DNA from: Chiloscyllium plagiosum
Lineage: Eukaryota
Length of the DNA stretch: 64,000 nt
Direction: 5' to 3'
Assembly: GCF_004010195.1 (NCBI RefSeq)
Contig: NC_057719.1
Coordinates: 69,061,773 to 69,125,772 of the forward strand
The position numbers and the translations under genes were made by a program. Position 1 is the stretch's first letter. Each line of letters opens with the position of its first letter. Positions 48,343 through 62,100 of this stretch are shown here, piece after piece. Below the pieces are notes generated by a model. That model saw nothing but the letters and a program-made list of their open reading frames with translations. It did not search any database and was not told the origin of the DNA.

Positions 48343-49441
48343 AGTCAGAGAGATGTACAGCACAGAAACAGACCCTTCGGTCTAACCCGTCCATGCCGAC
48401 CAGATATCCCAACCCAATCTAGTCCTACCTACAAGCACCCGGACTATATCCTTTCAAAACCTTCCTATTCATATACCCATCCAGATGCCTTTTAAATGTT
48501 GCAATTGTACCAGCCTTCACCACTTCCTCTGGCAGCTCATTCTATACACATATGACCCTCTGCGTGAAAAAGTTTTCCTTTAAGTCTCTTATTATCTTTC
48601 ACTTCTCACCCTAAACCTATGCCCTCTAGTTCTGGACACCCCACCCCAGGGAAAGGACATTGTCTATTAATCTTGTCCGTGCCCCTCATGATTTTATAAA
48701 CCTCTATAAGGTTACCCTCACCCCTCAGCCTCCAGGGAAACAGCCCAGCCTATTCAGCCTTGCCCATTAGCTCAAATTCTCCAACCCTGGCAACTTCCTT
48801 GTAAATCTTTTCTGAACCCTTTCAACTTTCACAACATCCTTCTGGTAGGAAGGAGATCAGAATTGCACTCAATATTCCAAAAGTAGCCTAACCAATGTCC
48901 TGTCCAGCCACAATATGACCTCCCAACTCCTATTCTCAATGCTCTGACCAGTAAAGGAAAGAATATTAAACGCCTTCTTAAAATTGTATCTACATGTGAC
49001 TCTACTTTTAAGGAGCTATGAACCTGCACTCTTTGTTCAGCAACATTCCCCAGGACCTTACCATAGGTCCTGCTAAGAGTTGCTTTCACAAAATGCAACA
49101 CCGTGTATTTATCTAAATTAAACTCCATCTGCCACTTCTCAGAGCATTGGTCCATCTGATCAAAATCCCATTGTAATCTGAGGTAACCTTCTTCGCTGTC
49201 CATTACACCTACAATTTTGGTGTCATCTGCAAACTTACTAACGATACTTCTTATGCTCATATCCAAATCATTTATATAAATAATGAAAAGTGGTGGACCT
49301 AGCACTAATCCTTGTGGAACACCACTGATCACAGGCCTTCAGTCTGAAAAACAACCCCTATAACCACCCTCTGTCTTCTACCTTTGAGCCAGTTCTGTAT
49401 CCAAATGGCTAGTTCTCCCTGTATTCCATGAGATTCAACCT
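48343..49441 (-). mobile_element. CR1 LINE 3' fragment
   Basis: SGVPQGLVLGP...KFADDTK...WQMEFN. Confidence 0.88.
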
Positions 49442-49536
49442 TGTCTTGTCTTGTTGTCTAACTCTGACAGAAAGTCAGGCACCCCTGTCATGGCAGTCAG
49501 TAGTCAAAGGAGACAGCCTTCATTCAGTGGGTATCC

Positions 49537-50400
49537 TCAGCATAGTAAGTCAAATGACAGATAGCATTGAGGAGGCAGGGAAACTACAGATTTGTACAAG
49601 TTAGGAGAGTGGACAAAGAAGTAGCAGATGGAGTACAATGCGGGAAAGTGTGAGGTCATGTACCTTGGTAGGAAGAATGGATTATTTTCTAAATAGGGAG
49701 AAAATTCACAAAGTCTGAAGTGCAAAGAGAATTGGGAGATCTAGTCCAGGATTCTCTCAAGCTTGCAAGTTGAGTCAGTAGTTAGGAAGGATGTACTTCT
49801 GAGGCTCTATAAGGCTGTGATCAGACCACATTAGGAGTATTGTGCACAGTTTTGGGCTCAATATCTCAGGACGGATGTACTAGCCCTGGAGCATGTTGAG
49901 AGGAGGCTCACGAGAATGGTCCCGGGAATGAAAAGCTTAACATATGAAGAGCGCTTGAGGACTTTGGATCTATACTCAATGGAGTTTAAAAGGGTGGGGT
50001 GGGAGATGGGGGTGCCTAATTGAAACTTACAGAATACTGAATGGCCTGGACAGAGTAAATGTTGGGAAGATGTTTCCATTGGTAGGAGAGACTAGGACCC
50101 GAAGGCACAGCCTTAGAGTAAAGGAAATACCATTTAGAACAGAGATAAGAAGAAACCTCTTCAGCCAGAGAGTGTGGTTAATCTATGGAATTCATTGCCA
50201 CAGAAGGCTGTGGAGGCCAGGTCATTGAGTATAATTAAGATTGAGATAGATCAGTTCTTCTCAAGGGGATCAAGGATTATGTGGAGAAAGCAGGAGAATG
50301 GTGTTGAGAAACTTATCAGCCATGATTGAATAGCAGAGCAGACTCGATGGGCTGAATGGACTAATGTCTACTCCTCGGCCTTATAGACGTATGGTCTTAT
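49537..50400 (+). mobile_element. CR1 LINE 3' fragment (different subfamily)
   Basis: RT C-terminal remnants (KCEVM-LG, RPH-EYCAQFW, WNSLPQKAVEA) and an ATGGTCTT-type tail. Confidence 0.8.
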
Positions 50401-51565
50401 GGTGTCATGGTCTCCTCTGCCAGTCATGGGAGAAGCGGTCATCCCTCCTTTGCAACACTCCATCCATCAGGACCTCTGTGTCTGTAAAGTAAGGCATCAA
50501 TTTAACCTCATCTGCCACTACCAGAGAAAATGCAATTCCAGTACATGTTTGAGTGGGAACAGCCTTTTAAAGATGGCGAGCGCCAGAGATGCTGATTTAT
50601 TCCAGGATATCCCAACAGTGGAGAATTTGTCTGGGTTTGTAGATCCAACCAGGATTGGATGTGAGGATGCCATAGGGATAGGATTGGCAGGTGATGGGGC
50701 GAATTTGGGATATTAGTGTGAAATAAGTTATTAAGCCTCACAAAGAGAAACCTCCATAAAACTCGACAAAATTGACACTTTTCCAAAAGTGTGCAAAATT
50801 TAGCCCATTAACTTGATTACTGTCTTCACAATTGCTAGCTGATGTGGTGAGTGTTTCAAACAATGTTTTCTTTACTTCAGATTTTCAACATTCAAAGTAA
50901 ATTGTTTTAGCATGTTCCTTGCATTGGTTAGTTATAATGTATTTCCAACGTAAGCATAAACTCAGGAGTGTAATCACATCCCTACATCTCTGGTTCTAAA
51001 GTTATGGCATTGCCCTTCAGTTTCAGTTTCTAGTTTGAGACCAAGAACAACTCTGTACTATTGGTGCTAACCTTGAGACTGAGAATTTTATTTCCAATAT
51101 CCTCTGCTCCAACTCCAGCTTCAGTAATGATGCAAATCATTCCCCAGGAGTGGATTCTGTCATTTTTCCATCACCAGCAGAGATGATGACCATGCTGCCA
51201 TGGACTGTGGATCCAAGCTATCCTGTTCTGAGATCCTGAGCTGCATCTGGACTGAGATTACTCCATGTCTCTGGGCAATACTGACTGCAACGATGTGCAA
51301 ACATGGAGAAGAAGATTTCCGTAGCAACCTTTTAGCTGAAGACAATGTGAACTGAGGCATGCACCAAAATGAAATGCATTGTGGAAAGGCTGGTTTCTAA
51401 AATGCTGGCTACATTGTACTCCAGTGATTGCTATAGTGTGAAAATTATGTTTATACGGTACCTGTACATAATTAATATCTATTTAACATTATTCTATTTT
51501 TTTCATTCCAGCACTTGAAATTGACTCAAATTCAACTCAACAAAGTTTCCAATCTACAGAGTGAC

Positions 51566-51784
51566 ATGGCTTCAGGCGAAGAGCTTCTTAGATCATTTTT
51601 CTGGCTCATTGTGTTTATTTTCTTTGGTTGGCCCTTGGGTATTTTTCTAGGTGGGTTCTATGGTTTTTTCTCTCCTCTGACTATCTGCTTAGGACTCAAT
51701 GAAATGGCTGATGTCCTTCTGAAAGGTGCAAACCTGGGCAAACTCTGTGCTGAAAATATCCTACAAAGCAAACCTCCCTGCTAA
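51566..51784 (+). CDS. Uncharacterised 72-aa hydrophobic membrane microprotein, paralog 3
   Basis: GACATGG Kozak context. T-rich tract with CCAG acceptor ending 51511. Ungapped alignment to paralog 2 (46/72). AATAAA at 51969-51974. Confidence 0.88.
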   Translation: MASGEELLRSFFWLIVFIFFGWPLGIFLGGFYGFFSPLTICLGLNEMADVLLKGANLGKLCAENILQSKPPC

Positions 51785-52899
51785 AAAGATTGCCGTTAAT
51801 ATTTCAACTAATGAACTCTAGCTGGAAGAAAAGCTTTATTTCACCACAAGAATTACATCAAACAGTCTGGACATTTAATACTTACTGATGAGACAACATT
51901 TCTTTGAACTGTGTGGGTGGTCATTTACAATTTAGTCATTTTGTGACTGCACTAATATGTCTATTTTAAATAAAGGTGAATCAACAGACTTTGCAGCATT
52001 AATATTGGTCCTTTCCACAAATTTAATACAATTGTCTAACTTCTTTTTTAAACAGTCTCCATACATCATAAGTACAATTTATGCACCCAGATAACTGAAA
52101 ATATTTTACAGGAATATCATAGGATCTCGTCCCACATGAAACTTAGACTTGTGTGGTAGAAATGAACGGAGGTGGTGAATCTTGGGAAAAAATGTCAGAA
52201 AGCCATGGGAATGCATTAAAGGAATCATGTCAAAAATTCTTTATTTACTCAATGCATTGGAACATAGGACTTTGGCATCAGGAATAGGTGATTTGACCCT
52301 TCAAGCCTGTGCTGCCATTAAATAACATTGTGGCCAATCTGGCTGTGGTCTCAACTCCATCTTCTTGCCATAACTTGACTCCCTCATCTATTAAGCATCT
52401 ATCTAATTCAGCCTTGAATAATTCAATGACCCAGTCTTCATTACCTTCCGAGGGGGAGTTAATAACTAATAATATAACTACTCTCTGGGAGAAAAGAAAT
52501 CCTTATCTCCATCTTATATGGGAGACCTCTTGTTTTTAACTATGTCCCCTGCCCTTCAGTGTCTTCCACAGAGCTAGTATTCTCCTTGCACCTGCCAATC
52601 AAATCTAGTTCAGAATCTTAAACAAATGACACAAAGAATGCTGGAAAAACTCTCTGGCAGCAATGTGTAAAGAGAAACAGAGTTAATGTTTCAAATCTGG
52701 TCTGACTCTTCTTCAGAACTGAGAGGTGTTGGAAAATAAGTTTTTTATGTACTTGATATTATGTAGATTACAGCTGCTAATAGACATTGGCATCTCCTTA
52801 GAGCTACTAGGCTACTAGTTATATACTTGTTAACAATAGAGATTAAACTAACAGACCAGAAGAAATACAACAAGCACCGAGAAATGAATAGCTACCACT

Positions 52900-53222
52900 A
52901 AGACAGCAAGGTAGCTCAGTGGTTAGCACACAGACCTTACAGCGCCAGAGAACTGGATTTGATTCTTGCCTTGGGCAACTGTCTTTATGGAGTTCACACA
53001 TTCTCCCACTGTTTGCATGGGTTTCCTCCAGGTGCTCTGGTTTCCTGCCATAGTCCAAGATGTGCAAATGAGGTGAATTGGCCAAATTAAATTGCCCACA
53101 GTCTTGGGTGCATTAGTCAGGGGTAAATATAGGGGAATGGGTCTGGGTGGGTTACTCTTTTGAGGGTTGGTGTGGCCTTGTTGGGCTAAATGGCCTGTTT
53201 CCATACTGTAGGGAATCTAATC
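52900..53222 (+). mobile_element. HE1-like SINE
   Basis: Same family as 18277-18603. Confidence 0.78.
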
Positions 53223-53779
53223 TGCTAGCAACTGAGACTATATATCCAGAGGCTTCAGTGTTAACCTTTTTAGATGAACTGCCTTATGTAACAAACCCTG
53301 TCGCCCTCACTCTCATTCAAAAAGAACCTCAAACTTCTTGGAAAATTGCAAAGCTTGAGTCTCCTGCACTCTTGCCTTCTGGGTCTTCTTACCTGGCTCG
53401 CTCAGTCACAACCATCCTTCTCTCACCAGTGACCAAATCAGACGATCCTATCCTTCAGGGTGTGACCACCTCCTGGAATAAAGTGTCCAGGTAACTTAGC
53501 CACTCCTGATGTATTGCAGTATCTGTAGACCAGCCTCCTGCTCATAAACTCGGGACCTGAGCTCCAACACTTACTGCAGATATATTGCACTGGATCCTAA
53601 CAGCATCCAGGTGATCCCACATTCTGCAATTGCAGCACAGAAACTGCCCTGCCATCTTTATGTAATTAATTATAGACTCTGTGGGTAGATTGTAATGTCA
53701 GATTTTGGAAATAAAAAAAGCAGCTTGGTACAAGACAATGTTCAGGAAACAGTGGCAGGGTCAGGGGTAGAATTAATTG

Positions 53780-55470
53780 GGAGAAAGTGAGGACTGCAGA
53801 TGCAGGAAATCAGAGTTGAAGAGTGTGGTGCTGGAAAAGCATAGCAGGTCAGGCAGCATCCGAGGAGCAGGAGACTGGACATTTTGAGTATAAGTTCTTC
53901 ATCAGGAATGAGGGAGTGGACCAAGGGGGAGACAGATAATGGGAGGGGTGTGTGGCTGGGGGGAAGGTAGCTGGGAATGTAATAGGGAGATAAAGTTAGG
54001 GGTGAAGGTGAGATGTCAGAGAGGAGGGTGGAATGGATAGGTGGGAAGGAAGATGGACAGATAAGACAGGTCAAGAGGGTATTGCCAAGTTGGAAGGTTG
54101 GAAGTGGGATAAGGTGGGGGGAGGGGAAATGAGGAAACTGGCAAAATTCACATTGATCCCATGTGGCTGAAGGGTCTCAAGGTGGAAGATGAGATGTCGG
54201 ATGGTAAGGGTTTGGCGGTGGAGGAGACCCAGGACCTGCATGTCCTTGGCAAAGTGGGAGGGGGAGTTAAAGTGTTCAGCCATGGGACAGTGGGTTTGTT
54301 TCATGCGTGTGTGCTGGAAATGTTCTCTGAAGTGTTCCGCAAGTAAGTGTCCTATCTTCCCAATGTAGAGGAGACCACATCAGGAGCAACGGATACAAGT
54401 AGATGACATTTATGGAATTAAATCTTTGAAGGATGTGGAAGGCTCTTTTGGGGCCTTTGACGGAGATGAGCGGGGGGGGGGGGGTGGAGGTGTGGGTGCA
54501 GTCTTTTCAAGTCTGGTGGTGGCAGGGGAAGGTGTTGGGAGTGGAGGAGGAGGGAGCATGGGACCTAACAAGGAAGTCGCGAGGAGAATGGTCATTATGG
54601 AGCACAGATAGGGGTGGGGAAGGAAATATATCCCTGGTGGTGGGATCTGCTTGTAGGTGGCAGAAATGGTGGAGGATGATGCAGTGTGTTTGGAGGTTGG
54701 TGGGGTTGAAAGTGAGGATCAGGAGGGTTCTGTCCTTGTTGCTGTTGGAGGGGTGGGATTTGACAGTAGAAGTGTGGAAAGTGGAGGAAATGCGCTGGAG
54801 GGCATCATTGACCATGTGGGAGGGGAAATTGTGATCTTTGAAGAAGGAGGACATCTAGCATGTTCTATGGTGGAATTGGTCCTCCTGGGAGCAGATGCAG
54901 CAGAGGTAGAGCCAGGTGAATACAGGAGCCATGGAGAAGAAGGTGTAGTCCAGGTAGCTGTGGGAGTCGGCGGGTTTGTTGGTCACTGGAAATGGAGAAG
55001 GAGAGGTCCAGGAAGGGGAGGGAGGTGTCCGAGATGGTCCAGGTGAACTTAAAGTCGGGGTGGAACACGTTAGTGGTTGATGAACTGTTTAACCTCCTTG
55101 CGGAAGCAAAAAATGGAGCCGATACAATCATCAATGTAGCGGGGGAAAAGGTGGGGAATGTTGCTGGTATAATTGCAGAAGATGGACTGTTCTGCGTACC
55201 TGATGAGGAGACAGGCAAAGCTGGGGCTCATGCAGGTGCCCATAGTTTGGAGGAAATGGGAGGATTCAAAGGAGAAATTATTCAGAGTGAGGACCAGTTC
55301 AGCCAAACGAATGAGAGTGTCAGTGGAAGGGTACTGATGGGGTCGACAGGAAAGGAAGAAACGGAGTGCTTGGAGACCTTTGACATGGTGGATAGATGTG
55401 GACAGAGACTGGATGTCCATTGTGAAGATGAGGTGTTGGGGTCGAGGAAATGAAAGTCATGGAGGAGATG
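53780..55470 (-). mobile_element. 5'-truncated Penelope-like element (RT C-half, GIY-YIG region, terminal repeat)
   Basis: LAELVLTLNNFSF...MGTCMSPSFACL...RYIDDCIG, LPFLDL and AEHFNSPSH. 16-bp TSD GGGGTAGAATTAATTG (53764-53779 / 55471-55486). Confidence 0.9.
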
Positions 55471-55624
55471 GGGGTAGAATTAATTGAACAATGATTTCAT
55501 GCATTGTGACTGCAGGCTCAAAGACATATCCACATGGTTGTGCTATGTACGAAACCTCCTGAGGCTAGTAGTACCAGGATGGCTAATTGTGAGATCAGTT
55601 AATTAGGAAACAAATTAATGTATC

Positions 55625-55860
55625 TGTGTGGGTTCTGCCAGGTGCTCAGTTTCCTCCTACAGTCCAAAGATATGCAAGTTAGGTGGATTGGCCAAGCTAA
55701 ATTGCCCACAGTGTTCAGGGATATGTTGGCTAGGTGTATTAGCCATGGGAAAAGCAGGGTTACAGGGATAGGGTAGGGGGATAGGTATTGGTGGGATATT
55801 CTTTGGAGGGTCGGTGTGGATCTATTGGGCTGAATGGCCTGTTTTCACACTGTGGGGATT
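55625..55860 (+). mobile_element. HE1-like SINE, 5'-truncated
   Basis: Central domain and tail of the same family. Confidence 0.7.
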
Positions 55861-58399
55861 TTATAAATGTCTCTGTTCAACAATGTTTACTTTACTAAGT
55901 TAAACTTAAGGATCTATTAAACATTAACATTTAAGAATAAGATAAGTAAAGCGATCACTAGCATTTTACTTCCTTTCTGCTAGAGTCTCAGGGTCAACTC
56001 GTCATTGTTGACTGATATTCTTGCAGAACTACTTTCACCTGCTTCTCGAGGTGCTGCTGACTGCCTGTGTCAGGTTCCTGAGCTCACCCACGTTTGTAGG
56101 CACTGTTGACTGTGTGCTACTCACCTGAACCTCTCCCATGTCCATCTTCACCTACTACATGTCCCTGTGGTGAATGTAAATCATTAAATAGCAATCCCTG
56201 ACTTATGTTTTAAAGGTAAGGAGTAAAGCATTCCTGTCGCAACTTCTGATCCTCTCTCAGACTTCTGAAATACCACTTTTTTTTTCAGGAAATGCATTCA
56301 ATTCATTTTTAAACATAGGTTTATCTAATGAATGTTATCTTTCTAAACAGCTCAGATTTATTTCATTTTCACTCATTCAGTGCTGATATTTAGTACTGTC
56401 AATATGCCAGGACCCCTAAGTTTATAGTTAATTAATTTATCCCTCCACTTTCTTTAAGGTCCTAAACAGGTGAGAGTTCTGAGATGATTGGGACTGAGAC
56501 ATTTGTAAGCTCATTTGAGTTTTTTGACCCATTGATTCTGGCTCCTAATCCCCCATCTTCCTGGCACTTACAGTCTCAGGAAGTTTTGTACCTGTCCTGA
56601 CCATGTCCTGAAATGTAGACACTTCTTTGAGGCTTCATTTGCAATAAAAGAAATAATAGTTTAATAAATTCTACCTCTAATCCTGGCACTGTTTGCTAAC
56701 ATTGTCATGTGCCAAGCTCCTCTGTTTTCAATTTTCCAAACATGATGTACAGTCTACCCAACAGTTGCTATTCACTGTATCAATATGGTCATACAGTAAT
56801 AAGGAAGAGGCCTATGCCTCATTCATTATTCAATAAGATTTTGGCTCATCTGTTTGTAGTCTCAACTTCACTTTTCCAATTGTTCCCACTAAGACTATAA
56901 TGAATAGGAACAGGAGGTGTCTGTTCACCTCCTTGAGCCTGCTCCACTATTCAATAAGATAATGGCTGATTTGACATGCCTCATGTACACTTTTCTGCAT
57001 TTTTCCCATAACTCTTGATTTCTCCTTCTGATCAAGAATATATCTACCTCAACCTTAAATATGTACGACTGTGATCCCACAGCAAGGAGTTCCAGTGGCT
57101 CTCAATCCTTTGAGAGAAGAAGATTTTCTGCATCTCACTCTGAAATTGGCACCCTTTTATTCTGAGACTACACCCTCTCCCAGGAGGGGAAACAGCCTCT
57201 CAGCATTTACCCTAACAAGCCCCTTAAGAATCTTATACATTTCAATGTGATCACTTTGCAATCTTCTAACCTCCAGTGAGGAGAGTCCCAACTGAATTCC
57301 ACTCTAGATCAAAAATATCAAAGATTCACTGCCCTCTAGTGTGGATGATGGAAAGCTCTTCAATCTCCCTTGGCTCTGTGCCAAAATGAAATTCACCACC
57401 ATAGACACTCATAGTGTTGTGTTTGTATAACTGACACCACTTTTGATCTCTTCAATTCTGTATGCAATAAATTTTATCCCTTGAAAGTTGCAAAATAAAA
57501 CACATGGTCAACCAACTATTTCACCCCTCTTTCCAGTAAAGAAGAGATTTTGGAATATGCTGAGAACTTCCTACGTCTCAGTAGCTTGCTCTCTTAAGAG
57601 ATTACTATTAATGAGGAGACTACTAATAATGAGGTGCTCCAATGTTGGATCAACTTGGCAGCTACAGCAGTGTGTGTGTGTGACATCTACAGTCAATAAA
57701 TGGTCTAGTGTGCAATTATTCTTCATACTACCTTGTACTGCAGCAAAACCTGGCTGTATATGAGCAACACCTGAGAAGGCTAGAGACTCTTACCATCAAT
57801 ACCTTCAACTCATTCTCTGGATTTAGTGAAAGATCCAGTGACCAAATGCTCAATCCTTCTTGAAGTCAGTTCTATAAACTGTCAGGTAAAACTTCTGCAA
57901 AAATCAACTTTGGTGGACTGAATTATGGCTGAAAATCATTTCATCTGCCACAGCCTAGTTTCACAACTACTAACATGTCTAACATTAATGTGCATATTCT
58001 CCTTCAGTTCATTGTTGCCTCCTTTTCTTCAACCATCCCTTATCCACCCCCTGTACGTGTGATTATAAGAGTATATAATTAAGTATAAGTACAAAACCAT
58101 GACATAAAGCTGATAAATAGACAAATAAAAACTAAGACTAAGAAAATGTGTAAGTAAGACCTTAAGTCTTCCAACTACATTGCTGTTTGTGGGATCTTAA
58201 TGTACACAAATTGGTGGCCATATTTCCAAAACTACAACAGTGATTGTACTTTAAATGGAATTAATCATTTTACCATTGGTCAGAAGATGAACTGGACCAG
58301 CAATATAAACGCTGTGGCTACAAGATTAGGTCAGAGTTTGGGAATTGTGGAACAAACAATTCACATGCTGACTTCCATACCTATCCACTATCGACAAGA

Positions 58400-58720
58400 G
58401 TCAAATCAGACATTCCCAATATTGACATGAGTAACAATGGCCCTCAGTTCATGTGTGAAGAATTCAGCCACTTCAGAAAGGAATGGGAAATTCAACACAA
58501 TATATTAACTCCACACTATTGCCAGTCAACGGGAAAAGCTGAGATGGCAGTGAAAAGCAGGGAAGGAATTATAAAGAAATCAAGTAAATCCAGCACTGAT
58601 GTACTCAAGACAATGCTCAGGTGGTGAAGCATATTTATTGAAGGCATGGGAAATAGTCCAGTGTGAAGATTATTGTCACGCTGCCCCCAAACAGACTACA
58701 AGAGCAAAGAAAGCTGTTTT
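58400..58720 (+). mobile_element. Isolated Gypsy integrase core fragment
   Basis: SNNGPQF...FRKEWEIQH...PHYCQSTGKAEMAVK resembles the SDNGPQF...PQSNG-AERAV integrase motif. Confidence 0.7.
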
Positions 58721-58997
58721 AGGTCCAATGTTCACTTCCTATATTGCCCACTTCCTAACTTGAGATCAGTTTACACTATCCTCGGAAATCTCTTTGTCTT
58801 TCTAAGCATGTGTGTAAACAATATACTACAACATTGTCCAAAATGTTAACTTGGAATGTTGTTATAGAAGCCCAATCTAAATGACCCAGATATATCCAGA
58901 GACTGTTTATGACACTGTTTGAACAGAGACAAGATTAAAGCTCTATTACTTCATAATCCTCTACTATGCAGAAAACGCCTGTCATAGTCAAAGAGAG

Positions 58998-59131
58998 TTT
59001 TATTCCTGATGAAGGGCTTTTGCCTGAAACGTCGATTTCACTGCTCCTTGGATGCTGCCTGAACTGCTGTGCTCTTCCAGCACCACTAATCCAGAATCTG
59101 GTGTCCAGCATCTGCAGTCATTGTTTTTACT
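58998..59131 (+). mobile_element. Single-arm Penelope terminal fragment with hammerhead core, inserted in a CR1 tail
   Basis: ATTCCTGATGAAGGGCTTTTGCCTGAAACGTCGATT. Flanks ATAGTCA(A/T)AGAGA. Confidence 0.75.
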
Positions 59132-62100
59132 ATAGTCATAGAGATGTACAGCATGGAAACAGACCCTTCGGTCCAACTTGTCCATCCCAGTCCCACCTAT
59201 CAGCACCTAGCCCATATCTCTCCAAACCCTTCCTGTTCATATACCCATCTAGATGCCTTTTAAATGTTGCAATTGTACTAGCCTCCACCACATCCTCTGG
59301 CAGATCATTCCATACATGTACCACCCTCTGCGTGAAAAAGTTGCCCCTTAGGTCTCTTTTATATCTTTCCCCTCTCACCCTAAACCTATGCCCTCTAGTT
59401 CTGGACTCCCCAGGGAAAAGACTTTATCTATTTATACCAGCCACGCCCCTCACGGTTTTATGAACCTCTATAAGGTCACCCCTCAGCCTCTGACACTCCA
59501 GGGAAAACAATGCTAGCCTACTCAGCCTTTCCCTGTAGCTCAAATCCTCCAATCCTAGCAACATCCTTCTAAATATTTTCTGAACTCTTTCAAGTTTCAC
59601 AACATCCTTCCAATAGGAAGGAGACCAGAATTGCATGCAATATTCCAACAGTGGCCTAACTACTGTCCTGTACAGCTGCAACATACCTCCCAACCCCTGT
59701 ACTCTACTGTCAAGGAGCTATGAACCTGCACTCTAACGTCTCTTTGTTCAGCAACACTCCCCAGGACTTTACCATTAAGTGTATATGTCCTGCTAAGATT
59801 TGTTTTCCCAAAATGCAGCACCTCACATTTATCTAAATTAAACTCCATCTGCCACTTCTCAGCCTGTTGGCTCATCTGATCAAGATCCTGTTGTAATCTG
59901 AGGTAACCTTTTTCACTGTCCACTACACCTCCAATTTTGGTGTCATCTGCAAACTTACTAACTTTTCCTCTTATGCTCACATCCAAATCATCTATATAAA
60001 TGGTAGTGGACCCAGTACAGATCCTTGTGACACTCCACTGGTCACAGGTCTCCAGTGTGAAAAACAACCCTCTACCACCACCCTCTGTCTTCTACCTTTG
60101 AGCCAGTTCTGTATCCAAATGGCTAGTCCTCCCTGCATTCCATGAGATCTAAGCTTGCTAATCTGTCTCCCATGGGGAACCTTGTCAAAAGCCTTACTGA
60201 AGTCCAGAAAGATCACACCTACCGCTCTGCCCTCATCAATCCTCTTTGTTAGCTGTTCAAAAAAATCAACCAAGTTTGTGAGACATGATTTCCCATGTGC
60301 GAAGCCATGTTGACTATCCCTAATCAGTCCTTGCCTTTCCAAATACATGTACATCCTGTCCCTCAGGACTTCCTCCAATAACTTGCCCACCATCAATGTC
60401 AGGCTCACTGGTCTATAGCTCCCTGGCTTGTCCTTACCACCTTTTTTAAACAGTGGCACCATGTTAGCCAACTTCCAGTCTTCCGGCACGCCACCTGTGA
60501 CCATCGATGATACAAATATTTCAGCAAGAGGCCCAGCAATCACTTCTCTAGCTTCCCACAGAGTTCCAGGATACATCTGATCAGGTCCTGGGGATTTATC
60601 CACTTTTATGGGTTTCAAGACATCTGTAATATGGACATTTTTCAAGATGTCACCATCTATTTCCCTACATTCTCTATCTTCCATATCCTTTTCCACAGTA
60701 AATACTGATGCAAAATACTCGTTTAGTATCTCCCCCATCTCCTGCGGCTCTATACAAAGGCTGCCTTGCTGATCTTTGAGGGGCCCTATTATCTCCTTAG
60801 TTACCCTTTTGTCCTTAATGTATTTGTAAAACCCCTTTGAATTCTCCTTAATTCTATTTTCCAAAGCTATCTAATGTCCCCTTTTTTGCCCTCCTGATTT
60901 CCCTCTTAACTATACTCCTACTGCATTTATACTCTTCTAAGGATTCACTCGATCTATCCTGTCTATACCTGACATATGCTTCCTTCTTTTTCTTAACCAA
61001 ACCCTCAATTTCTTCAATCATCCAGCATTCCCTATACCTACCAGCCTTTCCTTTCACCCTAACAGGAATATACTTTTTCTGGACTCTTATTATCTCATTT
61101 CTGAAGGCTTCCCATTTTCAAGCCATCCCTTTCCCTGTGAACATCTGCCCCCAATCAGCTTTTGAAAGTTCTTGCCTAATACTGTCAAAATTGGCCTTTC
61201 TCCAATTTAGAACTTCAACTTTTAGATCTTCCATCACTACTTTAAAATTAATAGAATTATGGCCGCTGGCCCCAAAGTAATCCCCACCCCGCTGGCATCT
61301 CAGTTTATGCCCTGCCTTATTTCCCAAGTGTAGGTCAAGTTTTGCATCTTCTCTAGTAGGTACGTCCACATACTGAATCAGAAAACTTTATGTACACCCT
61401 TAACAAATTCCTCTCCATCTAAACCCTGAACATTATGGCAGTCCCAGTCTATGTTTGGAAAGTTAAAATCCTCTACCATAACCACCCTATTATTCTTACA
61501 GATAACTGAGATCTCCTTTCAAATTTGTTTCTCAATTTCCCTCTGATGATTAAGGGGTCTATGATACAATCCCAATAAGGTGATCATCCCTTTCTTATTC
61601 CTCAGTTCCACCCAAATGACTTCCCTGGATGTATTTCCGGGAATATCCTCCTTCAGTACAGCTGTAATGCTATACCTTATCAAAAATGCCACTACCCCCT
61701 CGTCCTCTCTTGCCTCCCTTTCTATCCTTCCTGTCGCATTTGTATCCTGGAATATTAAACTGCCAGTCCTGTCCATCCCTGAGCCATATTTCTATAATTG
61801 CGATGATATCCCAGTCCCATGTGCCGAACCATGCCCTGCCTTTCCGTTAGGCCTCTTGCATTTGAAGTAAATGTAGTTTAATTTATCAGTCCTACCTTGT
61901 TCTCTGCTTTGTTCCCGCCTGCCCTGACTGTTTGACTCACCTTTGCTCTCAACTGTAACAGTCTCAGATTGAAACCTTTCCTCACTCTCTCCCTGGGTCT
62001 TAACCCTCCCCCCCCCGCACCTTACTAGTTTTGAGCCGCTCTCGCAAATCTCCCTGCCAGTATATTAGTCCCCTTCCATTTCAGGTGCAATCCGTCCCTC

